Below are positions 1 to 14,891 of a stretch of 64,000 bases of DNA, piece after piece (position 1 is the stretch's first letter; every line of letters begins with the position of its first letter). The stretch covers positions 3,168,595 to 3,232,594 of the forward strand of contig CAJFCJ010000003.1 in NCBI GenBank assembly GCA_904063045.1, in the 5' to 3' direction. The notes under the pieces were generated by a model. The model had not been told where the DNA came from and did not search any database. It worked only from the letters and a program-made list of their open reading frames with translations. This stretch comes from Dimorphilus gyrociliatus (Eukaryota; Animalia; Annelida). Made by a program: the position numbers and the translations under genes.

Positions 1-726
1 AGAGTCCAGAAAAAAAATACTATAAAAAAACTGAAATAGACAACTGTAAATACTATACAAATATAAAATGGTATAGAACAATTTATACAAATTGTTCTAT
101 ACATACATTATGAATATCACTTTTCGTTATATTTTTTATTCTTAGTTTATAAAATAATTAATAGCCGTTTTTACTATGAACAAAAATTAAATAATTAGTA
201 TAATTTGTCAATTAGATTTTTCTTGCAATCATATTATTATAAGAATCATAAAATATTTTTATCATCTATTGTTCTTTATCAATTAAGATCACATAGCTTC
301 ATTCATGGTTTATTAATCTTTATGAATAAAAGAGTAATCTAGTTCTTAAAATAACAACTGGAAATAAAATCGTTAGGAGAGCTCTTCTTTCAAAATTTTT
401 AAGAATTTTGTTATTCTATATGATTATAAACGGTAATGTACATTTTTTTCTTATTGACCGACTAATATTGTGCAATACAAGCAAAGCTATAAATATGAAA
501 ATATATATATATATACATGTATATATATAACATCTTTTGCTTTGCTATATAATACACTACATGTATTAAAAAATAGAGAGAATAAGGAAAGGAGTGTTTT
601 GTCTGATATGGTAAAAAATTCCACAAAATATGCTTAACAATGAAAAACAATTTTGAAAGAATCAAGTTTTCTTTAAATCTACCAAAAAGCCTACTTTTTA
701 CATTTAAAACTAGAAAAAGAGACTTA

Positions 727-789
727 AAGAGAGAAAGAGAGAAGAGAGAGGAAAGGAGAGAGGAAGGGGGAGAGAGAGTTAGAGAGAGT

Positions 790-843
<54 letters not shown>

Positions 844-862
844 GAGGGAGAGAGAGAGAGAA
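727..862. repeat. (AG)n / purine-rich microsatellite
   Basis: Near-perfect AG dinucleotide run (about 791-838) inside a longer A/G-only tract. Confidence 0.9.
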
Positions 863-1240
863 GCCTGTGATAAAACTATTGTATTAACTTTTTTTAAATG
901 ATTGAGTTAACTTTATGCATGTCTTGATTTAGTTAAGAGATCTGTTTAATTAAATACTTAAAAATATTTATAAAGTATTTTTTAGAAGAGTCGGCATTCT
1001 CATGAATCTTGATGGTTTCGTTCCTGGAATTATCTCAAACATATTTTTTTATTATCTTTTTTATTAGTCTATTGTCTGCTCCGGTGGCAAGAAACAATCT
1101 TTACCGAAATTCTGCATCCGAACTTGCTGGATAAATTATTGCAGATGAATAGATTGTCATTTTGTAGTATTATTAGAAAAGGGAGCAGGTTAGACTAGTA
1201 TTTGTATGAGTAAGAAGAGGAGAAAGAATTCATACTCCCA

Positions 1241-2395
1241 TCACAGAGCAAGGTCGTTTACTTTATGTTGTTTAGCATTGTTGGATGTACGTGTCCGTAC
1301 GGTGAGGGGTTCCGTTTCACTGACGCCAATAGTCTGATCAGGAGGGACTGAACGACATAGTTGGCGCAAAATTCTACGAAACTTGCGACCAATAAGGCAA
1401 TAGATTAGGAAATTGCAAGAAGAGTTTATAGTTAACAATAAGTTAGTTATTCCATTAACATATCGTAATATTTTCAGGAAAAAGTGATTCCTTGCGGAAA
1501 ACTTTTGGAAAACAAGCGCCGCCCTCAAAAGGGTATCTGGCAATATAAGTAATATAAATACTGTTACCACTACTACTAGCAAAAGTGTAACATTTTCTTT
1601 GTTAGCGTTGCGAGAACTCATATCTTGGCGACGTTTTTGAACTCTTCTTAAAGCATTTACTAGTTGAGTATTGAGTGTTACTAATAGAATTAATGGGCCA
1701 ACGGCTCTGAAGAGAAAGTACATAATACACTTGTAAATGATATAGTAGGCCTTATTATGCTCCATTGGATATAATAATTTAACTGTTTTTATACCACAAT
1801 TATCTTCACTAACTTCGATTCTTCTTTCGAAGAAACGTGGTAGATTGTAAACTAGAGCGACTATAACTATAATGCCAACATATTTTTTATGCCTCTCCAA
1901 ACTTCTTGCACTCCTCGATAATGGCTTGCACACAGCAGCATAGCGATCGACCGTTACCAAAATTACCAGCCATACTGTAATAGTTTGAGCAATTGAGGAT
2001 AACGGCCAGGCGTAAGGTAGGAAATAATTGAAATTTACAGGTTGCTCTTCCGTCCACCAATTGCTATATAATTGTATGCCGCGCAATACCGACACAGGAA
2101 TACATGATAACAAGAAAGACGTATCCGAAACGGCCAATGTCTGTAGTAACCAATTTGTTGCATTCTTATCCGGATCTGCTCGCAGGACGATTATCGATAG
2201 ACAATTACCCGCTAATCCGATTATGATGAACAGAGATTGAAGGAAGACATCAGTTGTGAGACGGTAAGCTGACAAACTGCTGTCTAGGTTCGACGTCTCA
2301 TTCGAGCAGTTCATGCCGTCAAATGACTGATTTAACAAAGGGTTCCTGACGCTAGAGGGCGTCAACGCACAATCTTTTAATTTCAAATAGAACAT
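1241..2395 (-). CDS. Class A neuropeptide GPCR, FMRFamide-receptor/sex-peptide-receptor-like, single coding exon, 384 aa
   Basis: Seven hydrophobic segments; GLAGNCLS (TM1), LAVSD (TM2), DRYAAVC (TM3), YNLPRFFE (TM4/ECL2) and NSSCNFLIYC...KFR (TM7, NPxxY changed to NFxxY), typical of the FMRFaR-like clade. N-terminal sequons NQS, NCS, NET. The ligand cannot be assigned from sequence. Confidence 0.9.
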   Translation of the reverse strand: MFYLKLKDCALTPSSVRNPLLNQSFDGMNCSNETSNLDSSLSAYRLTTDVFLQSLFIIIGLAGNCLSIIVLRADPDKNATNWLLQTLAVSDTSFLLSCIPVSVLRGIQLYSNWWTEEQPVNFNYFLPYAWPLSSIAQTITVWLVILVTVDRYAAVCKPLSRSARSLERHKKYVGIIVIVALVYNLPRFFERRIEVSEDNCGIKTVKLLYPMEHNKAYYIIYKCIMYFLFRAVGPLILLVTLNTQLVNALRRVQKRRQDMSSRNANKENVTLLLVVVVTVFILLILPDTLLRAALVFQKFSARNHFFLKILRYVNGITNLLLTINSSCNFLIYCLIGRKFRRILRQLCRSVPPDQTIGVSETEPLTVRTRTSNNAKQHKVNDLAL

Positions 2396-5300
2396 TTTAT
2401 TTTTTTGTGGGTGGGTAATGAGATTTTTATTGACGATAGGAACAATAAAAATTATAGAATTGTCGTATGAACGCTAATACGAAGTCTATTAGCAGTAGAG
2501 AAAGTGATTTTTCTTCTATCCAGATTATTACAGAGTTATTCACGATCGATGTGAGTGAAAAATGATGTTGATAAATTAACCGGAAAATACTAAAAACTTC
2601 AATATACATTTAAGCCATTACTTATGGTTCTTAAAAAGTACAAATCATTTGTTATGGTTCATAGTTCCCAGCCTTTTACATCTGTTGCTTTTTTCTCTCT
2701 TTGTACTGCACTTGTACATATTTTTCTAATTGATATATTTTGTTGAAATCAACATATTGGGTATCTTCTTTCTAGTTCTCTTTTGGGATAAATCAAGTTA
2801 TATTCATGTAACTCCAGTTTCTATGCTCTAGTAAGCAAAGTCTATTAATTATCCAACATTCACCGCTTCAATCTCCCCGGTTTGGACAATCACACCTACG
2901 TACTCAATCTGAATAAGCCAATATCTCAGATATTCCAGATCATTTTAAATTTTATAGCCAAGATATTCTAATAACCTTTACTTACATTGCCTAATTGTAA
3001 TTGGAGCCTAACACGTATTTTGTAACATTAAAAGGCAGATATTAATGCAAAGAAGATACATCGTATTCAATAAAAAGAGTAAAGACTATCTAATTCCAAT
3101 TGAAAGTATAACTTCACCTCATAATCGCTTTTTTTCATCTATATGTATAGCATATACAGTATAACAAAAGAAAGATATCTACAGAATGCTATTTATATTG
3201 ATATTCATGTAGATAACAATATTAATAATTAATATATTTCTACTTTCATATTTTTATATGCGTAGGAATATAGTAATAAAAAAAAGAACAAATAAATAAA
3301 TAATATTTGTTTAAGTTGACGTAATAAATGTTCTCCAATGCTAAATGAATGCCAAGTACTGAAATTAATAGGCCTACCAACCCATTAACCTTAAGAAAAT
3401 ATGATAATAAACTAAACAAACTGTTGGCGTTTGATATGAGCCGACAACGATGTTTTCAAGCCTTGATTTTATCAACAGAACAGGGAACGTCTGATAAAAT
3501 GTTATTCATTGCTATCTTCATTGCCTATTTTAAAATAATTTTTAGCTTTGTCTTTATAGCTATATATATATATTATATTAATTTGTCACTAATATACATA
3601 TAATATATACAATACATGTATGTGTATAAATAAAAGGAAAACCATTTATGATATCCCATTCTTTGTTTTCTAGCTGTCTTCTTGAGATGCATTTTCCTCT
3701 AAATTTATTCCTTTGACGTATGATAAACGATAGAATTTCCATTGATTATTTTAAAGAAGAGATTTTTTCTTTCCTGTCTTTTTTCTATATATCATGCCTT
3801 CTTTCCTTTTTCTTCTTCACTCTTTTTTTTTTCTCTCTCTATCTCTCTTTCTCTTTCTTTGCTTTTAAATCCACTTAAAAACTTTACATACTCCTTCTTT
3901 TGACGAGTTTCATGTAGCTAATTAAAGAAACAATTCTCGATAGGAAAGAATAACATTTCCAAGTAATTTTGTCAGGAAAGAGAAAGGGGAGGGAAAATGA
4001 GAAAGGAGAGCCTGTAAAGGACAACAAAAACGAATAAATAAGAAAAGGAACAAGAAGAAGAATAGCGAAGGATACGATGAGAGAATAGGATATTTCAATT
4101 ACCGTATTCTTGTTATTACTTCAAGGGAATATTAAGGTGTTTTCTTTTAATGAAATTAGCTGACGTGTTCAAATTTTTATTGATAATATTTGTATTATCA
4201 AGATTATTTTCTTGGAAATAATTTGAATTATTTAATCAAGCTTTGAATGGTTTTTACTAAAAACTATCGTCTAAACGTTTTATAGTATCATTTAGAATGT
4301 ACCTGGATCTGACATTCCACGCTTTTGTAATTAGTTAAGGAATACATTTATAATGCGATATCTAGATAGTAAGTTAACATCAAAAGTATATAAATCCTCT
4401 AAAATTAAATAGTAATTGCTCTTAACATGACAGATTTAGCAGGTAAGTATTGAATTAACCATGGCAAATGAAAATATATCAAAGAAGATAAGTGAAATTG
4501 GGAGAAGGAAAAAAATAGAAAAAAATAACATTGTTTTTGTAAAACGATATAAACATAAATCTTTACGGATTAATAAAGCAATTGGGCATAGTTTGAAATG
4601 TAAGGGGAGAAACTGTAATCTGTTGCAAACAGCCTGAAAATTTTGTAATTTAATGAAGGCAGGGGGTGAGTGCTAGCACCTGAGAGTTCTTATAATAGAA
4701 GGCAAAAAGAGAAAGGAAAAAAGGAAAAGAAAACTTTTTGCTTTTTTCTCTCTTTATGATTAACATTAAAAGTAAATGTAAGTAGTGAACGTCATCTTTA
4801 TTTGCGAACAAGGGAATGAAAGGATAACATGAAGTATCGAAATCTCTAATGGTATAGATTATATAGATGACTATGGAGAAAAAGTAAAAGAAAATGAATA
4901 AATAAGCGAAATAGAAAATTAGACTTTGAAATCTTTCAAATAATTTCCAGTAATTATTTTATTTATTATAAAACGTTTAAATAGGAAATCATAAACAATT
5001 TATCTCCAGAGTGAAGCTTCAACGTTGAACCGGAAGTCTTCATTAGAGATAATTGAATTCTTATTTTAAAGATTCAATTTTTATTACATTCTCCTTTTCA
5101 TTTTATATAACCTAGTTAAGTATCTATGTATATAGTTTTCCCTATGTAGCTCTTAGTTTTGTCTATTATTTAGTATAACTGATACAATTTCTTAATTGAC
5201 TTATTCAATATGTTTAACTATCTTCATAAAGTATAATATTAATAATAATTAATGAAACAGATACATTGCGGCTATATTTCAATTAGTAAATTTGAAATGT

Positions 5301-8300
5301 TTAGCGTTTAGTTTAAAACTGTAATAACCTTGTTTTTTGGTAAATTTACCTGTGTATGTGATTAGAAGTAGGTTAATTTATCTCTCTCTGTCACTATATA
5401 GCTATATGTCATCATTAAATTTACTGCATTAATTGTTATTTATCCATAGGTCAATTGCAAAAATTTAAATTTTTTCCCATGTCCATAGTTCTCTTAGTCT
5501 ATATTATAATATTGTAATAGAAACTCCCATCAAGGGTCAAATATGCAGTTTCTCCAGCTGGAAATTTAATATAAATATATATATATATACTTTATATATA
5601 TATATTATAAATACAAATATACATTCTAATCTCTATATACTGTAGATGTTTGTCATGGTTTAAAACTAATTTCTACTTTAGAAGTGATATTTTTTAGTAG
5701 TTTAATATCGTATATATAATATATTTTCATTGACTTTATAGGTATTATTCTCTAGTGAAAAGAATTTGTTTATTAAATTTACATGCAAAAATATTTCACT
5801 AAAAAGAAAACAGTTACAGAATGGTGACAACTTAAAATTTTCACAGTCTCAAACGTTTTTAACAATTTATAGCTTTAAAAACCTTAAAGTGGACAAATAT
5901 TCTCAGCTGTTACTTCTAATTTGTAGATATAATGTCAAAGATTATCATTTCTGGAGGAAACGTTCAAAATTTACTATCCTATTATCCCTATCCTAGACTA
6001 TTTAGTCATATCTTTATCAGGTTTGCTTAATTTTCTTGAACATCGTATGAATATATGTAACTTTTTAACATTTGAAATGCTCTTAACACTTTGCTATCCT
6101 ACATACCACTTACTCATTTCAACTATTTATCTCCTAATAACGAAAACAGATAAGGCAATAATATAAATATATTTGTTTAAGATTCTTTCATGTGCAATCA
6201 CATCTCATGAATTATTAGTCTTTAACATTATATATTGCTATTAGAAATCCTTATATAATATGGTGAATAAGTTTATTAATAAGATTTATACATTCTTCTT
6301 TAAAATACTTTTCGAATACGTCCCAAGAATATTTGACTGACAGCGTTGCTCACGTAATTATAAATTATAATTTCCAACATCCGACCTTTTATTTTATCTT
6401 TCTCTTATTTCCCTTTTCTAATTTTTTTCTATCTCTGCTCTCTTTCCCCCTCACTGCTTTGCTTTCTTCCTTCTGTGCTATACTTCTATTCAAATGTTAA
6501 TCTAAGCTAACTACAAATCTTCCTCTTGATCTATAAATAAAATGACAATGGATTTTATAAAATAGGAAAAAGCGAAAAATTATTCTATCATTATCTATTA
6601 AAAAGATATAAGATATATGGCATGCTTTAAATTGCACATGTATTATAAAATAGATATACTATTCGTTTAAATCACATAATAAATTAAACAATTTAGCTAT
6701 CAGTATTTATTAAGTGATATTTTGCAGAGTTTCAATGAGGAAGTGAGAACAAAATTTATTACTATTGTTATATTTTAATAGTCGTTTTGTTGATTCATTT
6801 CAACCTAACCTAACTATTTATTCAATGAAAAGAGGCTTACGTTGTATTTGTAACTACTTCAGTTGGGTTTTTAATATTAATAAGCTTTTTTTTGGATTTT
6901 GTAAAACTTTTTGAAAACTTAAAAAAGAAATATTCTTACAACAATCGTATTGTTTTTTTTACTTTGGAATTTTATATTTATATTAACTTCCTTTTGTACG
7001 ATTTCCCCAGCAACTATAAATTGATAAAACAAAGTCAAACGCTCTTCTCTTCTATCGGGATAAAGGAGATAATATATACTTACAGGTGTACCTCAACCAA
7101 AGTTCACATTCTATAGGTTTTCATTAGTAAATAGAGTAGAAGCTAAGTGACTTAATCATTAATTAATGGTGGTAATGTTCAGGAAAAACGTAATCTATTA
7201 TCAACAAGTGAGAGAGAGATAGATAGATAGATAGATCTCGAAAGAGAGTTGAAAGTAAAATATAAAATACTGTATTTAGAAATGATGAGGTGTATAGCAA
7301 CAATAACGAAAAACACGAAAGCTACGTAAGATGAGCATTTATATTATATTATTTAACTAAACTGAATATTTTATTATCATTCCAAATTAAAAGTATTCTA
7401 CTTCTCTACAGTTAATTTATGTCTTAATGTAAAAAAAACGCGTTTTAAAAGTTAAAAATAAACTTTACCTTTAATAATTTTTATCTTTTTATATACAATT
7501 ACTATTATTATAATTAGTATTATTACTATATATTTATATATTTATATATATATATATATATAGCATGCAAAGAACATGCAAGAAATATTAAGGGAGCAAC
7601 TACACATAAGTTTCGTTCCATCATGGAATTAAAAAACGGGAAAAATTAACGATAAGTGTTGTTTTTGAAACAAGATTATTAAGAAATATATAAGAGTATA
7701 TTAATAGATATTCCATCAAAACTGAAAATCCCTTATTCAAAAAGGATTGGAAAAAACATAACAAAACAATCATACTTCATTACAGTTTCATACAGAAAGG
7801 ATTTTATGGTGACAAGATGGAAAGAAAAAAGGTGCCATATATTTTTTAGCTTTATAAATATCATTCTAATTTCTTATATTATCGTCAGTCAAAAATATAT
7901 TTTTAGTTGAAGATTTAACAAAATCGTTTACACTTATAATTAAATTTCGATGATTTCGATGTATAAAAATAGAATGAAAAAGTATTTTCATGATGTTAAC
8001 TTCATTAATTATCCTAAAAAAATAAATTAGAGGAGAAACAAAGCCTTGACGATAAACTATATATATTAAAGAAGCAATTATTAAAGGGTAGAGTTAGATA
8101 TTGACGCTAAAACCAGTCAACGCTATTTAAACGTCCTGACTAATGTATACTTAAAAAAATCGCTGACAAGCATTGTCTCTTTCCTCCCCCTCTGACTCTT
8201 TCTCCTTATAGTTCTTTCCCCTTCCTATACCATCACGCAAATATATATATATTTATACATATATATTAATAGATCTAAACAGATGTATTTATTCATTGTA

Positions 8301-11300
8301 GGTCTGGTAATAAAATTCTTTCATTCTTCGACTCCTTGCTCTCATTTACTTTCTTAAGATTTTCAGTCTTTTATTTGATTTTCTCTTACCCTTTTTATAC
8401 GGTTTACTTTAAACTTTTTTCTTCTACTTTATTCCTCCTACGCTTAGGATTTATTGAAATCAAGACAAGTTCTCATTAACTCTTTGATAAATTAATAATA
8501 TTTAATTCATCTCAAATATTTTTCTTGTCTTTCCTTTCTTCATTAATCCTTATTATATTCATTAATTTCTGTCATAGATATATTTTTCTATATCCTTTCT
8601 TTGGTAATAATTTTTTATTTTCCATTCTCTGTCTAATATTAAATAGTAATACTAGTAAGATAAACCCAGTGATTAATTAATTGATTATTTAATTAATTAA
8701 TATAAAAGACATGAAAATATTTTCTCCATTGAATGGACCAAATATTTTTTTGAATACTTTATTATATTATCAATCATTTTACGAACGATCAATTTATACA
8801 TCTAATGATTTGTCCATTGCGAAGAAATTTAGAATTTAAATCTCTTTCTTTTTTCACTCTAATATTGATTAATTGCCAACATTTTAATAATATTATTATT
8901 ACCGTTATTAGTAATAATCATGATAAAAGCTATAAAATAAATTTAAAATTTTTCTAAATCATTCTTCCTGTTGTTATTTATTGGCAAATCAAAGGAAAAT
9001 TTATATCTCAAGTAAGGAATGATTTTCTTTTATTTTGTCAATTTAGTAATTAATTTATCTTTTTTGATTAAAGAGAGAAGAAAAAAATCAGCTACCCGTC
9101 GTTTCTTCTATATGAAAAAGATATTGCTATGCAAAGCAGTTAACTAAATTGATATTCTACCATATGTTTCCTCACGCGTCACATATTTGCGACACGAAAA
9201 GGCTCCTTATTTCTACGCTACCATATAGCAATAACCAAGTGCATCGTTAACTTCAAAGCTTTGCGAATCTTCAGGCAATACAAAGTTGATATCTGTTTGT
9301 GCCTGTAGAAAGAAGAATTATTTGCTCCTTTCACCATTTCAGCCAAACATTATGTTTATAAACACTGAATGGACGCTACTTAAAGCATTGAGTTGATTTA
9401 TAGAAGTATGAAAAATAACAATATACTGTGGTAAAATGTTATTAGCATACAGACAAGTTCATTTACTTAATAAGAACTTAGCCTTCTCAGTTAGCCCTGC
9501 TGATATATAATCACATTAGGCTTCTCAGTTTAGAAAATATATTTAATATTAAAGAGAAAAGTACTAAAAGAAATGTTAACTTTAGTAAATGTTGTTTTCA
9601 AATATATTTTAAGAAAGCAGAGATCACTTTCTATAGATGGAAGAGGATATGAGGAAGAGGAGAGTTTATTTTATATATCTACTAATATATACACTGTATA
9701 TACATTTCTCTTCACCCCATCAATTTTCCACCTAATTATCGTTATAAACTAAAATTTATGTTGAAAGTATATCTTTATATTTTTTTCACGAATTTACTTG
9801 AAATATATATGCAAATTTCAACCATAAAATTGTCATTTATTTATCGATTCTCTAAGATATTGATTAGTAGTGAAAAATTCTACCGAATAAATTACATGAC
9901 ATTGCACCGGAAATACAATTCCACCGTGAATTTATTTTAATGAATAAACTGCTCTTCTCTTCTTTACAATAATTTATAAATAATATTCTTAAAAATATAT
10001 TTCAATTAATTCTTCAATCATTTTCATCATAAAATTTATAGATTATTTCTAATCGATCATTGCTCCCTCATGAAAGTAAATTAGCTCTAAATTTTTAGCA
10101 ACAGGTCTTAAAGACTCACTCACTCTGTCTGTCTTTCTCTATCTCTCTGTTCCTCTTTCTCACTCTGTCTCTCGTTTCTTTTTAGTTGACAGATCTCTAC
10201 TCATTTTTTTTCTTTCAATCATATAATATACATCGTAAAAGTATGCCGCATGGTAAGACTCTATTACCTCCAAACGTAGTTTGATACAATCATAATTACA
10301 AGACCTGTAAAGAAGAAAATAAAGCTTTTTGCAACCGACAGGGAAAATGAGTAAATGAGTTAATCAATACCTGAATATTATAAATAATGTAGTGGGATCG
10401 TTTCAAACAAAGAGACGTTGATTGGTGACTTTTTAAAAATATAATCTACAGCCTTGGTTTATGTAGGCTTTAATTTTAGTTAGAAAAAAGAAATCTCTTC
10501 ATTTTTGCCAAAATGATTTTGAGAAAAGAAGTGAAAAAAAAATCATCAGTTGTAGCATGACTTTTTATATTAAACTTCTTAAAAAGAAATATAGAAAATA
10601 CACAATATGATAAAATAATGTAATAAATAAATGAATTGCATTTTTAAAATAGTCATTATCAACAATATGCTTAGATAAACAGTTTAAAAATCAATTATTA
10701 TATATATATATATATATATAGTATATAAAAATTATTCCTATAATTGCAAAGGTAACAATTACTTTGTCTTTTAACGATTAGAAAATAGTAGATTTTAACT
10801 ACTTTCATTTCTCTATTTCTCTCTTTCCTATTACTTTTATACGCTTTTCTCTTTACAGAATCAGTGAACAAAAAAAATCTCCCTTCATCTAAAATGTTAT
10901 TGTTTAATGCGTAGAAATGATAAATTACACCTTTAATTGTTATATATTTATTATCGATTTAGTAGGTTGTTTTTTTATAAGCATTACGTAATGTTTACCT
11001 CTTGATTTAAAATAATAAATGAAAAATTATCTTATTATACATATTTATTATCTTCCATTTTACTAGATTACTGGATAATATAATAGTGTTTAGAAATTGA
11101 ATGAGTATATTAACTAATAGTACAATTAGGAGAATAATTTCATTGAAAATGACTAGTAATTCTGTTTGTTCTACTCTTATATAGCTTAAAAATTAATTAC
11201 GCCTCATGTTTTTGCTTCTAAATATATCTAACTGTATATATATATATATAAAATTTATATATCTATGTTACTACGAAGTTAGAATTTTAATGAAGTTAAC

Positions 11301-14300
11301 TTTATCACACCAGCTTCTTGTCTTTTAACAACCGAGTTAAAGATTTTATTTAAGGTTTTATCTACATATATACTGCATTAGCATTTACTTTATATAACAC
11401 ATAGTCAATCATACAGTTAGAACATTATACATTCACAAATATGCATTTGTTAGATGACTATTTGTTAGAACACGTTATAGAGAAATGGTAATCAGTGGAA
11501 CAAACTACGTTATTTTTCCTACTTTTGCCTTTTAAAGGCTCGTTTAACACAAACATTTTAATATCCTTGCCCCCTACGTAATAATCTTCCAGCCTGCCTC
11601 TCCTAAACTTCATTCTACCTCAGTAACATTGTCTATAGTTATGCAATTATTCTCTATTTATCCAATTGACTCCCTTGAATATAAATTTTTTTTATGGTTC
11701 CTACCATCAGTTCCTGACTAGTAACTAAATTTGTTTATTGACAATATTTTGGCACTTAAAAATTCTTTGTCCATAGATAGAATTCGGACAATAGCATTAT
11801 AGTTTACTCTTTTTTCAGGGATCTTTTTAATGGAGTAACTTATTATCCTGCTATGTTTACATCTTAAGCCTGCAATAGCGTTTTCTATAGCTGAGCTCTC
11901 ATCGAACAGACTTTTAATTCGAATAATTTTACGTGCAGTGGATCATTAATACTATCAGTAATTATATCTACTGTACAATGTATTGTTGGATATTATGCAC
12001 TTATTCGTGTTCGAGTAGATGATCAAAAATTTAGCCGGTATTATCAGCCATTATTTTGTATGGTACAAATCATTAGCCCTTAATATTTTGTTTTGAAGTT
12101 TACGTATATACGATTTATAGTCCATTTGCCTAGAAATGATGGCGAAACAAATATGTACCATACAAATATTATAAAGTGTATTTAAAACAATTTTGGAAAA
12201 TTATCCTTTGATTATCGTAATCACATATAATCCCTTTATAAACCTCATCAGTAAAAAACTTAATTAAAATCAAGTTAACTTAGTTAGTTGTTAAAGAAAT
12301 ATAGTTTAGCATAGTGGTTCCTTAAACTAGTCTAAACACGTATAAGCGTATTTAAAATATAATTATCTAGTCTTTGAAAATTATATAAAAGAGTTAAGAG
12401 AGTTGAAAGAGAAAAAGATAGTGTGTATATATATATGTATATCTATATATTAGTATATGAATATGTAACAGAGAGAAACAGAGAGGATAAACTATCAGAA
12501 CAGATAAAACAAATTGAAAAAACAACATATCTCCTTTTCTATCACATAGTTATATTGATTTGGTTTGTTTACAGCTGGAAATTCGGTATATATTTCTCCA
12601 TTATGAAATGGAAAAATACAATTTTCCATTAGAACAAGCAGTTGAGTTTTGGCAAGTTATTCGAGTTTAAAGATAGCATTCACAGTAGTTTTTGCTTAAC
12701 TACTCTCATTGTTAAAGAAGTCTATAGTTATAGAATATAAGAGAAAAAATTGAAATATATTTATCTAAGTATCTTTCATATATCAATTATTAGTTTTTGT
12801 ATAACAATAATACAAAAACAGTGATATAATTCTATTCGTTCTCTTTCTTATAGAATAAAATTTTCATATATAACAATAGCTAACATATCGTTTATAAATT
12901 TGTTTCTTAATCTAAATACGGTAAATACTGTATAAAAAAGGCTAATAGTGTTTACTCTTCATTAACTATTATCAAACAAAAGCAAAAGCAAATAAATATA
13001 AATGAGAAAAGACATGTGAGTGAAAGTTAGAAATTGGAATTGGACTGTTGAAGAATAGACGAGCGTAATACATAAGCACAATTAGATTTTTACTTTGAAA
13101 ATGGTCAAAAAGAAGGAAAGACTATAGAAAATCTTTCCTTTATAAAACCTCAAAGATTTTTAGAGTCTATTAATAATTTTAGATAAAATGAATAGCTTGA
13201 GGAGAAAGGGATCAGCAGTGAATCATGGAAAGGAATTCTCTCAAATTCACGAAAAGATAAATCTGTATCTAATATTTTTTAGTAACAGATTTCCGTTAAA
13301 TATTTAAATAAAATAAAGCCGATTAAGGATTCTTTCCAAGAAAATAAAATGAAAATAATTGACACGAATCCTAGTTCGAAGAACTTAAGGGAGGAATAGA
13401 GCATTTAAAATCAGATAGAGACCTGTGTTTTGTGTCACGCAAAATATTTTATATAAAGATGGAAAAGTACAGCATGATGTTTACTCTTTCCCTATATAGC
13501 TCGGTATTTTTGATATTGCAATCAACAAACCCTTCAAATTATTATCTTCTCAAATATCTACATGAATTAAATAAATTATAATCTAGTTTTCTTTATTATT
13601 CAAACTTATCGTATATATTTTTTAAACCATTATGTTTATATTAAGTGCATATAGCTGACGTATTTATTATTTAAGAAATATGTACAAATACAATATATAG
13701 ATCCATGTATACACAATATTGACGAATTTATTCATTTGATAGAAAATAAATCATCAAAATTCGTAATAATATTGAACTATGTACTATTTGTTAATAGTAT
13801 AAAATAAGTATTTTGTATCGTTAATAACAACTGAATTCTATCTTCTTGTTTAATCAATCAATTCATTTTTTTCTATATTTTCCCTTTCAAACTAGAAAAA
13901 TATTTTTTATTGACCAAAACTTTTATTCTTGTTTTATCGATATGTTGAGAATTTCTCTCTATAATTGCAGTTATCATATTCTTACAATCAACGTAAACGG
14001 AATATACAGTTGCAATGTCACAAGCTTAGAGGCCTATTTTACATCTATAAATAAATAAAATTTAAGAATATAAAAGCTAAATGAAAATGTTAAAGAAAAT
14101 TATTGTAAAAAGAATTAAAATTAAGTGAAGATATTACCAAATGAAATGCTAGTGGCAGATGAATAAAAGTTCAATATATAGATAGTATATTTATATTTAT
14201 ATGCTTACTAAAGGAAAATAAGGTAAAAACAAGGAAAGAAATCTTTAATAACTATATTGTTAATATAGTATTTTATTGTATTTTATATATTTTTCTGACA

Positions 14301-14875
14301 GAAATACCATTTATGTTAATGCTTTTAAATACATTTCCCATATTTATCTCTAAAGTAAGAATTCAAGAATACTACAGTATATTAGCTTATAAGGAACACT
14401 CTAATATATATATATATATATGTATATAAATATAATCTAATGTATTCTACTTAAAACATAAGAATATAAACAAATAAAGAATAAACGCATAAAAATATAT
14501 TCTCTTAGGTGACAGAATTCGCTTTCTAGACACCTAATAAAACTTTCATGACAAACTATAACCTTTTAATAAAAAAGTCATTATTTTGTTTTTTTTTTTC
14601 ATAATTCTTATATAAATTACAATAGTTAAAAGTGGAAAAGTTTTTAAAAATTCACATTTCCTTTCTCTTATACATATGAAATAGTTATCGACAAAAGACA
14701 ATAAACAGCTATTTATTGGTTTTACATTAGGAGCTGAAAATGATTGAGAAATCTGTATAGTGAAGGATATATATCATTCATTTTCAGATTTCTTTAAAAA
14801 TTTAACGACTTCTTTATAAAATCTGCATCAACAAAAACTAACTAGACAAAGGTAAATTGTCACACCTACTCTAAA

Positions 14876-14891
14876 TAGCGCCATCTGTTGA
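14876..14891 (-). promoter_or_regulatory. CTCF-like motif TCAACAGATGGCGCTA
   Basis: Close match to the CTCF core CCASYAGRKGGCRS. A T-box half-site TCACACCT lies immediately upstream at 14860-14867. Confidence 0.55.

Noticed and set aside
9210-9302. Strong minus-strand acceptor (TTCTTCTTTCTACAG) followed by AQTDINFVLPEDSQSFEVNDALGYCYMVA*
   Set aside because: Only about 30 codons, with no linked exons or homology. It could be a 5' UTR exon of the GPCR but cannot be supported.
462-14058. Short ORF-track entries (462, 2427, 3349, 5766, 6892, 9758, 12423, 13846 and similar ones later in the window)
   Set aside because: I/L/F/Y/K-rich translations typical of random AT-rich DNA; no motifs and no consistent splice partners.
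2890-14867. Isolated T-box half-sites TCACACCT at 2890 and 14860
   Set aside because: About one such 8-mer is expected by chance in 64 kb, so two is not informative on its own.
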